64,000 nt of DNA from Mytilus californianus. Lineage: Eukaryota. Location: NCBI RefSeq assembly GCF_021869535.1, contig NW_026262690.1:11842001-11906000 (forward strand), written 5' to 3'. The notes beneath the pieces are model-generated. The model worked only from the letters and a program-made list of their open reading frames with translations. It searched no databases and was not told where the DNA came from. The position numbers and the translations under genes were made by a program. This document shows, one piece after another, positions 1 through 12,400 of this stretch (within the stretch, counting starts at the first letter, position 1; each line of letters opens with the position of its first letter).

Positions 1-390
1 ACTGCATACACAACAGTGGCAGGGAATACATATTTTCCTTTGGACTATGGGGAAGTTAAACAACATTGACTACACACTAGGGTCTTGCATAGTTGGTTAC
101 TTTAACTTTTTACCACAGCTGTTTTTAAATACTTTAAACCAACAATCTCCAACTGACAACTTGTTTCACCTTTTGTCTATGTTGCTAACACCTTTTATAC
201 ATTCTGTTCAATTTACTCTTACAATATTGGTATTCCTCAGCTTTAAGAATTATTTCCCTATGAAAGAGCTGATGTAACTGAGTCATGATACTGATAAGCA
301 TATTTTTGTTATGTTTGAGTCAACTGTATTTTTCTTTTAAATGTGTGTATGGAATACTGATGTGTTTAGTACTAACATTCACAGACTTAC

Positions 391-461
391 TTAAAGATAG
401 TTCTAGACAGAGCTAAACTATAAAGAAAACATATACATCCATTACTCCCATCTGATTGGAA
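391..461 (-). CDS. MINDY4B: MINDY4B-like coding exon 8 (FQSDGSNGCICFLYSLALSRTIF)
   Basis: Acceptor tttcag, donor gtaagt; G.ILFLYSLILSRT motif. Confidence 0.9.
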
Positions 462-3400
462 CTGAAAGACATCAAGTTAAAATTTCACAATAAGCAGGTG
501 TAGAACAAATATATTCAAGAGATAGTATCTAACAATTTTTTTCTCACACCAAGTCACTAGTTTAAAGCAATTGAAAACTATAATATCAATAAAAAATTGT
601 AATGGGTTCCACAGAACCCTTTGTCTCCCCTGCGATTGCTGCTGCCAGTGTAAAAGTGAAATGTTGACTTAAAAAGTGAGTCTATTTATCAGTAAAATAC
701 AGAATTTAAAAAAAAATCAAACTTTTTCTTAATATGCTATTTCTTGGTCTTGAAGATTAGCTTCTGTCCTACTTTCATAACAAGCCATGAAGTTTACAAA
801 TTTATCATGTCAAAAAAATCTAATCCCAGACTGTCTGTAAATGTTAACTGTAAAAAACTAAATCATCTATCAGCTATGAAGCTTTGACAAAGTAATTGAT
901 GTGTAACAAACTTTAACCCCTGACTGAATCTGAATGTTACCTGTAAAAAAACTAAGTTTATTTATCAGTAAAATACAGAAAAATGAAAATAAATATTTTA
1001 AAAATTTTGCTCTGGATACTGTATTTTGGTCATAAACAAGCTTCTGTCCAAATTTCATAAAACCCCATGAAGGTTTGACAAAGTTATTGATGACTGAAAA
1101 ACTTTAACTTCAGACTGAATCTCAATGTTACCTGTAAAAAAATCCTATTTAGTCCATTTATCAGTAAAATATGGAAAAATGGAAATAAATATTTTCAAAA
1201 TTTAGCTCTGGATACTGTCTTTTGGTGAAAAACAACCATCTGTACAAATTTCATAAAATTCCATGAAGATTTGACAAAGTTATTGTCTAAAAATACTTTA
1301 ACCACAAACTGAACCTAAATGTTACGTCACCCACGCCGCCACTGATGGAATCAGGGCTTCCAAAAAATATTTGAGCCAGCATGACATTATATGTCTTATC
1401 CCGATTTTAATCCCTTAAGACTTAGTAACAAAAGGCAATTATGGTAATCAGTTGGCCATCATATAACCAATGATTGACATTAAAATAACGATATTAAACT
1501 TTACGTTGATATAAATTCGATGTTCTGACGTAAACTGTTAAATTGACAGTGCATCATTCGAAGTGTGCAACATCAGCGTACTAATATCTGCCTTAGATTC
1601 TTTATTTGTGCAAAATAACGTTGTCAAAAACTTTACTTTTGTTTTTAAAAAGCACATTTTCCTAATACCGGATGTTGACATGACAATGGTTAAACATGGA
1701 CCGGAGACGGATACGTAAAATCTGTGTAAGTTTACAAAGCAAGATTGAGTTTAAGTAGCTCTTTCCACGGTATTTCTTCAAGAAAATACTCGAAATGAAC
1801 GTTAGATAAAGGTATCAATGATAATTTTAGCATTTTTGAAGAATTAGGATGCATAATTAAATTTCCCAGCTGCATACACGTGTACTAGTTCAAACAACGT
1901 GGTTCTGACGATTTTTCGTTTTAAAACCCTTTTTAAATTTTTCATCAAATCATATATATAAACGTATTTCTGATAATTTCAATCTTTTTGAATAAATTAA
2001 TTAGATGCAAACCGCTGAAATGTAAGAAAACAACTTTGAATAGACCGATCAATGTCTGGTACAAAATAGTTTACCTGTCGCCTGAACAGGTAAATTTCAG
2101 ATGTCCGACAACTCATTAACCTTGATTAAAATGAGAAGGTATTAAAGGAGGGTTTGTTTTGATAGTACTTATTCATCATGTTAATTTTATGACTGGAAAT
2201 GTGTTGCTGTTTAAGGCAAAAGGTTGGGTCATAAAGATCGCATAAACTTCCAATTATTTTTGAATTATGTTAAAATGACCATATCTTAAGAAAGCCTTGA
2301 AAACTAAAAGTAGATGTCCGTTTCATGTTTTTCCCAGATGGACAATGTCTGGTAAATTTATAAATGTCCGGAATATATGACTGTTTTGGAAGCCATGGAC
2401 GGAATAGAAGATTGCTATGTCTTTTTTATGCAACATAAATGTTGCAAGCTCGACAAACAAATGACTAAGCAAGGACTAGATATTTCAGGGAGTAAGTTCT
2501 CATTATACATTTGTACATAAACTGTTGACACAGAGATATTTCTTGCCTGTATGTAATTTTTCATAGTACATTTGTGTATAATGCAAATGTTGATATTAAA
2601 ATGGCAATATTTTAACATGTAAACTATGCAAAAATCAATGAATGGACAAAAGGCTATACCTATTCCACCCCAAAAAACCTTTACATTGTGAATAATTATA
2701 TATAATCATATGCTATAGCAGATATGGTGTAGACAGACACGAAATTGTAACACATCAACAACAAAGGGGAAACCACTGCATTACGTTTATTGATAATTGG
2801 CCTGATTTTTGAATTCAAAAAAAGTATAATTCAATTGAAGATGTTACTCACAAATTCGATGTTCCTTTTCACAAACAGTTGAAGATCCTGGAATTTCTTG
2901 AACTCATATAAAAACAACTGAAATATCAAAAAAGTATATATATCATAAATTAAAATTACAGATGTTGATTTATACTTATTTATTTCCTCACTTTTTATTT
3001 TCCTGTTGTTTTCAAAATATGGCTCATGAATGATTTGACATGTCAACATAACTTTAGCTTATCATTCAAATAATATGAAGAAAGCATTAATCAAAACAAG
3101 ACCTTATAAAATTATAACATTCCAACAGCAAACTCACTCATCAGTCAAAATATTGAGATTAAATAACATGAAACAATACTTAAATGGTCTAACAATGTGA
3201 GAAGTACAAAGGAAGATACTTATATGACAGTTATTATGTACATTTCAAAGGTATCTACAAACACTGTCATTTGGAGAATGGACCCCTCTTTGAACCCTTA
3301 TTACTCTAAGACACAACATCATTAGATCAATTTACCATTCTCAGATTATTGTATAATGGGTTTCAAGTCACAATTGTGTGCCCATTGTTTTCTATTCATT

Positions 3401-6400
3401 CACTATATAAAACCTAACACTAAATTATTGTGAAACTGATTGATAAGAAATCCTCATCTTCAAAATTGCCACTTGGCCATAAGCAAAATTATTATGCAAA
3501 CAATTACTCGCAAATTATCTGTAAATGTATGCTAAAACCTTCAGACACGAACAGTGGATTATTTGTATGTAAGTTTGACCCATCCTAATTATGCTGAGTT
3601 ATCTACCGTTTGTATGATTTTTGGGGTTATGACTATATTTCAGGTTATTTGGGGCATTTGATGAACCATTTAAAGAGAATATTTGCTCATTGTTAAACGT
3701 TTTAATAACAGTGCTTTTTCCAGAAGTACAGTTTCCTAATTTAGAAACAAGATCATACTGAATGGTTGATCAATTTGTGACTTTTTTTTTATAAATAATT
3801 CAGATATCTGAGCCAAATGATTATGATAATGAACTATCTGAGATAATTCCACCTTATGTAATAATGCTGTATTTTGATTGGATGAGAGACATGGTATTTT
3901 TCACCAATTTCTATGTATTGAGATTTTCTTTTCTCTGCCGAGGTATTTGTCATTAGGGAATTCCATGTGCCAGGGTATTTGCTAGCAAATACCATGGCAG
4001 ATGGGGAATACCATGTCTAAAAATAACCCAATGAATTATTTGTAATCTAAAAGGACAAATTTATGGTCATTCTTAATATACGGTTCCAAGTGAAATATTT
4101 AGGATAAAAAACATCGTAAATAAATTAGGAGCGAATGACGTCAAAATTCCGCGAACCTGTACTTTTAATGACGTCATAAATAAAACTCAACGGAAACACA
4201 TTGTCAACCTGTCATAAACATAAACTGGAATCCGCTTGTATTACGCTTCACTCAAACTGATGAAGAAAGTGTAGTAGTCAGCCGAGAACCAGCTTATCAT
4301 AAACAGGGATATATATATATATATATACGGTCAGTGACTGTACATCAAAAATGATCAGAAATGATTTTACGGCCAATGCAATTTGTCTGCGCAAATAGGA
4401 CAGCTGCAGAATATACAAAAATTATACATTCAAGTAGAAACTCCATATGATACCTGATTACAATAAACTTTCTGAGGTCAAGATGGATACAAAGAACATT
4501 CGGTGGAATTAAACAATTATACCATGCTTACAAGGGGTATTTGCCGAAAATACCGGTTTCGAGGTAATCAAATTTCCCTCGCCTAACGGCTCTGGAAATT
4601 TGTACCTCTCAACCGGTATTTTTGGCAAATACCCCTTGTAAGCACGATATATTTGTATAAAATGTTCTTAGACATGTTTATTTCATATATGGGGAGGGCT
4701 GTTTTTTTTAATAAAAAAATTACTTTCTCTAGAACTTTTTAACCCCAAAAGTGTTGATTTCTTTTATAGATTATTATGATACAAGGACTTGTACAACATA
4801 ACATATGCATGATAAAGAACAAGGCTACAACAAAAACACAAAAATGTTAAAGACAGAGCAGAAAAATAAAAGATTTAGCAGAAAATCAATATCCTGTTCA
4901 ATTTGTGTAATTTACCTTTCTGTAGTTCAACAAAAAGACACCTCAAATTGTTGGGCTAGTGGAACTTAAAATGGGTGAGTAGTTCCCATGTTACTCATCC
5001 AATTTGACGAGTGGTAAAAAAATCTAATTAACACTGTGACATCACAGGTAAGACTAAAAGATGATGTAGAGTATATGTCTTGATGAGTCAGCAAACTCAC
5101 CAACAATATGAAATTAGAAATTCATATAGAGATCATATAGAGATCATGATGAGTCAGCAACTCACCAACAATATGAAATTAGAAATTCATATAGAGATCA
5201 TATAGAGATCATGATGAGTCAGCAACTCACCAACAATATGAAATTAGAAATTCATATAGAGATCATATAGAGATCTTGATGAGTCAGCAACTCACCAACA
5301 ATATGAAATTAGAAATTCATATAGAGATCTTGATGAGTCAGCAACTCACCAACAATATGAAATTAGAAATTCATATAGAGATCATATAGAGATCTTGATG
5401 AGTCAGCAACTCACCAACAATATGAAATTAGAAATTCATAAAGAGATCATATAGAGATCTTGATGAGTCAGCAACTCACCAACAATATGAAATTAGAAAT
5501 TCATATAGAGATCTTGATGAGTCAGCAACTCACAAACAATATGAAATTAGAAATTCATATAGAGATCATATAGAGATCTTGATGAGTCAGCAACTCACAA
5601 ACAATATGAAATTAGAAATTCATATAGAGATCATATAGAGATCTTAATGAGTCAGCAACTCACAAACAATATGAAATTAGAAATTCATATAGAGATCATA
5701 TAGAGATCTTGATGAGTCAGCAACTCACCAACAATATGAAATTAGAAATTCATATAGAGATCATATAGAGATCTTGATGAGTCAGCAACTCACAAACAAT
5801 ATGAAATTAGAAATTCATATAGAGATCATATAGAGATCTTAATGAGTCAGCAACTCACAAACAATATGAAATTAGAAATTCATATAGAGATCATATAGAG
5901 ATCTTGATGAGTCAGCAACTCACAAACAATATGAAATTAGAAATTCATATAGAGATCTTGATGAGTCAGCAACTCACAAACAATATGAAATTAGAAATTC
6001 ATATAGAGATCTTGATGAGTCAGCAACTCACAAACAATATGAAATTAGAAACTCATATAGAGATCAGCCTTCAGTCTTTATCAATAGACAAATGTCTACA
6101 CCATCTAATTTAGGATATTTGCTTTAGTTTACTTGTGTTGTTTAGTTGCTGTCTCATTGACAAATATGAAACATTCTCAATTCATAATCATATGATACTG
6201 TAATTGTTGCTATGTTAAAGCTAGGGGATATAATTCATACCTTCTCAGTAATCCCATCATCTCTAACACGATAATCTTTATCATAACACCTATCCTCTTG
6301 TAAGAGACATATACAGCACCGTTTCTTTTCACCTGCTGCCCATAACATCTCACATATAGCACCAATTAATGCACGTTTTCTCTCAAATTCATTTGGTTTT

Positions 6401-9400
6401 AAGGCACTGTAAAGAATATTCCAAGATTATGAATCATTGAAAAATAATAGACAAGACCTGGTCATTAAACATTTTCTAAATACTTAAATGTTAATAGGAT
6501 TGCAAGATAAGAAGTATTTGTCGTTGAAATAGACACTACAATAAATACAATATTTTAGATTTGATACTTTTTAACACGTAATATCAACTTTTGTGAAACA
6601 TATAATATGGGATGGTTGTAATTACCTCCCTTAGACTGTTACTGGGGTCAAAATTAAACACTATTTTTCAGAATGTTTGTTTTTTCTGTTTGATATAGAT
6701 CTCTCTGTCTCTCCACATTATCAATAAAAAAAAATCTACATGATTTTTTTTCCATTTATTCTTTTGGATTGATTGATTATATACATATCTATACTACTAA
6801 ATCTAAAGACCGTTTTTTGTTCCCCTAATAAACGTATAACTGAAGAAAGCTACAAGTCAAACTTATAGAAGGGTATATATACTTGATAGGGTATACTGAA
6901 AATTTTAACCTTTTACATCGATTACTGTTTGAAACAATAAGCAATTAGACAAATTTATAAGTTCCGGAACTATCCGATGCGATTTCCTTTTAGTCATGTC
7001 ATTATATTTTCCGGTCTAATGTAAGCAGTAGCTTTCTTGGGTTATACGTTTATTAGGTGAACAAAAAACTGTCTTTAGATTTAGTAGTATAGATGTTAAA
7101 GAACAAGATTTTGAAAGCAGAGAAAACTGCACCTGATAATCAACATAACTTTATCAGATGATAATACGATTACTAAAAATAAGGCGTAGGTACTTTAATT
7201 CAGTCCCGGTTCTGCGATATCGCGGGTGTGTTCTAGTATAAAACAGAAAACTGGTAACAAACATATGTTATCAATTTGTCCAAATCTTAAGATTACATTT
7301 TTACTTTTCAGTAATAGTTTATAAAGTTTGTGATGATTATAGGGAGATTATATATATACATGTAAAAGGTAAATCATTAAGCACAAGAAATCAGAACGTT
7401 TTGTGTGGTGAAATTTTACTCAAAAAGACATTTACCAGACTGATACTCAGTTGAAATTAAACAAAAGAAATTGAACTGTTTATTAGAGAAGGTAAATAAG
7501 GCCAAGTTGGTATATTTGAATTATTTACATCTGTTTCTGTTGACTTTAAAAGTTTAATGTAGGTGCATAATTTATGATTTTATGCATCTTATATATGTGT
7601 TTTTACTTAAATTATAGTATGGAGCTTCAAGATATTTGTAAACTTTTTAATTAAAGACAAATTTTCACAAAACTGTCGATTGTGGTAGGTGCAAATACAT
7701 ATGAATCATTTCTGTGCATAAGCATAAATTCCGCTGAAAAAAATTCCTCAAAAAGATAAAAAAAATGATCTTTTTAAAGCATTAATTTGCATCTCTGCCC
7801 ATCCAAATTCAAACTTGATCTGAGTTTTGTGGTAATAAGCATTGTGTATAATTTTCATATTATTTGATTGAGGCAAACTAAAGTTAAAGGAAACCAATTT
7901 CGGGACGTACAGAGTTACAGACGTAGACGGACAAGGGCAACACTTAATGCCCCTTCCGCTGCGGCCAGGGCATAAAAATCCTAAAAATGGGCAATAATTT
8001 CATGGAAAAGGTAAAGTAAGAGTACACCTTTTTAAGTTCAGGCATGTCTAATTGACTATTTTGATTTGAAAACGTATAAAGCAAAAATATTTGATACATC
8101 ACCTCGCTTCAGATTCTACTATTTTTATATTTCAAGGCTACAAGTTGATATAATACCATGAAATTCACAGTAATAAAAAATGAAATATGTGGGTCAAGTG
8201 AAAAACCTTTCTAATGAGTCATAACAACAGAGTAGGTGTGTTAGAATAACATTTTTTTTTTACTAAAACTACTTGGCGACAGACTTTGCAAGTGGATCTT
8301 AAAAATGTATTATTTCAAAAGGATTGTAATGATGCTGTATGGATAAATTTATCGGTTCTCAAGCACTAAATTGACAGAGTGTCATTCCTGCAATGGCTTC
8401 CATTTTTTTATGATTGAAAAATTAGGTGGCGTAATTAGTAGATAATGTTGACAAAGTAGAATCCTGACTGTAAAAAAATACCTTCTTGCAAGTTCCACAG
8501 AAAAGTATTCTCTTTCAAAAATTAAATGCTTCAATAAAAATGCTTGCACACAAAGCACCAAACCACGAGATCCACACTGAAAGTATAAAAATATAGTATT
8601 ATCATAATGCCCTTAACATACCAAAGTTATTTAAGTTTAATGATGGCTTTTATTAAAATATAATCATTTGGTGCTTTAAAATTAATTCAATAATAACTAG
8701 GTTTTCATCAAATTTCCAATGCAAAACTTTTGTACTATTTTTTGTAAATGTAGTACAATGTATATATGTAAAGTATTGGAATGGTGACACACTTCATTTT
8801 ACCAATTATATTCTAATTATTCCTTGTTGTAGGGAAAGAACTTCCTACAATATCTTCTTCAGTTTTGTATTTTTACTATATAACAATAAGATGATGTGGT
8901 ACATATATATGGTATGATTGCCAATGAAACAACTATACATTCCGAACAAAGGACCAAGATTTGAACAATTACAATTTGATATTTTTATTTATTACATTTT
9001 TTGGTTTTTGTTTCACACAAGTTAACATTGTTTGCAGCTGAAATCAAAATAAAAACATTTTCATAATTTAAGCCCTTTTCTGTAAAATAGGAATAAGGCA
9101 TCTAAATATCAAAGATTTGTAAGTGACAGGATAATAACCCATGACCTCCCTCACTCAAGGTCAGCAATTTACAATGAAACAACCATTGCTGTTTGTGTGT
9201 TTTAAAATAAATATGAGAAAAAAGTGGTTGCAAGGCAAAAATTTGAAAAATAAATTGCATTAAAAAAAGGTCAGAAAGGTAACAAAATATTTAGGAAAAT
9301 AAAAAATGTCAGCAACAAACAACAAAGATCCCAAAAGAGAATATGAAAACAAAAAATTCTCATAAGTAAACTTATATTAAAACTATTAAAATCTGCACAT

Positions 9401-12400
9401 ACTGTCTATTCTTTCTAATATTATTTGTTTCTTTGTATTATAATTACTTCATTGATTGATATAAGGTAATAAACAATGTTCAATTCAAGTTTCATTACCT
9501 GATTTTTCTAGTTAATGCAAAACATCATTTAAACCCTCTTGCAGATATTGAAAAAAGAACCAACCCTATACTAACCATCCAAACAGTGAAATTCTTTGCA
9601 AAATTTTGAAGTGCATACATATCAAGGTGAAATGTTTTACTTTAATTACCTTGCTAAACCTGATTAACTTCCTGATAAAAAAACAAATTAATGATTAAAA
9701 AAAGTGATATATTACACAAGTGATTGATTTATTGATGGGTTTGTAAACTAAAATGCACACGTTGTCATGTTTAGCATACCCCCAACTCAATGTAATTCAA
9801 TACATTGGAAAACAGAGAGTAATTGTCTAAAGTGTTGAAAATGTTTAAGTTCATTTTCAATAAATAGAGATATGTCTTTCTTGTATGTTATTTTGATAGT
9901 AAAATGCAAATGTTGAAATCGAAACTACAATACTTTAAAAACGTGTAAAATATGCAAAACATTCATCGTCAATAAACCATAACTGAATCTACAGGTCCAA
10001 ATGATCTCAATGGAAATAATATATGACAGTGTTAATAAAACAGCATACTGTGGATTCATTATTATTCGATGGGTACCAATTTTCATGGATTTCTTGGGTA
10101 CAGTTGAACCACTAAATTAAATGTTCAACTAATGACATATTTTCTACAGGCTTGTATACAGACTTTAGCAAAACCACGACATTAAATATCCATGATCATG
10201 TAAGTTTTCCTCAATCCACGAAACTAAATGAATCCACAGTACCACATTGACTTATCATAATGAGGTTCTGAGAAAAATGTGAAGAAACAAAATTTGTTGG
10301 AATGGATAGGCAACAATCTGCAGGAAATTGTATACCCTATCTTCATTAGGTCACAATCTGCAGGAAACATGTACCCTATCTTCACAAATTATTTGCACTT
10401 TGGGAGGACCAGCCATGCTCTTACTCCTAAATGCTGCTAGCTCAGCAAATATAAATATAATAGAGGTTCTCAGGTTTTTGAGCCTCAGTGGTCTTTTGGT
10501 CCAGTCACTGTTCAAGCATAACTGGTCCACTCAGTGTATTAGTTGTATTTTACAGTATGAGTATTACAAAATTCTAATATCTACACTGGGCCACAATAAA
10601 AATATTGTTTGTTTCCCCTAGCCCGACCGACCCACTGAAAACCGTGCCTACTCAAAAATGTTTTTATTCCCTTTTTTCTGTTGCATTTTTTTTTATTTCG
10701 GTTTTACTTTCGGAAACGAAATTTCTGGATCCGATTTGTTTTTATGTTGACCGGAAGTTCAGGAAAGTTTTTCTCTGAATTGCCTTTACATTTGAGGTAA
10801 AATGCCGAGAGAAAACCTGTAAGTTGTCTGCTTAAAATGTCGTCTACATCAGGCTAAAAACGACAACATAGTGGCAATAAGTTTACTTTATGTAATGTAT
10901 GAAACATGGAACGATGCCCTGAATGATCTCTTAGACACTGAAAACTACAAACTTCATAAAACACACACGGTAAGACTATGTGTGAGTGATAAGCTTATGG
11001 GAACATTAACATTTACACATGACACTGAAGAGGCTATTAGAATAGTCAAAGAGTTTGATTAAAATTTAAAATGTGTAGTTGATACAGTACACAGAGATGA
11101 AGATGTTGGTCTGACAGACCATAAAAATGCAAATACTTTAGGAACAACAAAATCTGTATTTGCTGTAATGATGAATTCCTCCAACACAAAGAAATATAAT
11201 CCTACACCAAAGGATGCCTCATCAGAAAACTTTACAGGTATGTTCAATGCAAATTTAATGAATTCTCTCAAAGAGGAGATTGGTTCCTTTAGGATAAGGG
11301 GAACCTTCTCCCATCTCCTCTTTGCTATTTTTTTTTATTAACCTGGTTTAAGTTTAGGGGGGAAATCCTTTATGATAGGGGGAACCCCTGCCCAAATTTT
11401 TTTAAGGGTATGTGAACAACGTCTCCATGATTCAAATAAACTGTTAACACAGAGATATGTCTCGCATATTTGTTATTTTGATAATGCAAATGTTGAAATA
11501 AAAATAGCAATACTTTAACATGTAAGTTATGCAAGTATTCAAAGTCAATGAACCATGACTGAAGGTACAGGGCTAAACAATCTCCATGAAAATGAGATGT
11601 GCCAATGCTAATACAACTGCAAACCAAATACCATTGACTTTTCATAAGTTGTTCCCTTTAAACAAACCTAAACACAAACATTAACTTGTAAACTATGTAA
11701 AAGTTTCAAAGTCAATGAACCATAATTAGGGGTTAGGGTTATATAATCTCCATGGAAATGAAACTTGCAAATGCCAATAAATTTGGATACAGTATATCAT
11801 TGACTTAACATTAGTGGTTCATCTTAAACTGACCCAATCACAAACTAATACATGTAAACAAAGCAAAAGTTTCAAAGTCAATAGACCATGACTGAGGGGT
11901 AAGGACCAAATATTCTCCATGGAAATGAGATGTGCTAATGCTTATACAACTGCATACCAATTATCATTGACCTACCATTAATGGTTCCCATTAAACTGAC
12001 CTAATCACAAACTAATACATGAAAACTAAGCAAAAGTTTTAAAGTCAATAGACCATGAATGAGGGGACGGAGCCAAATAATCTCCATGGAAATGAGATAT
12101 GCCAATGCTTATACAACTGCATACCAAATATCATTGACCTACCACTAGTGGTTCTCATTAAACTGACCTAATCACAAACTAATACATGTAATCTAAGCAG
12201 AGTTTCAAAGTCAATAGACCTTGACTGAGGGGACTGGGCCAAATAATCTCCATGGTAATGAGATGTGCCAATGCTAATACAACTGTATACCAAATATCAT
12301 TGACCTACCACTAGTGGTTCACCATATGCATGAACTAGACCTTATCACAAACTAATACATTGTTGATGCCGCTGCCGACGCCGGAAACAGCATACGTATG

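Noticed and set aside
5081-6065. CRISPR-like appearance of this array (also 35615-36270 and the 54-bp satellite)
   Set aside because: There are no unique spacers, no cas genes, and the context is a eukaryotic intron.
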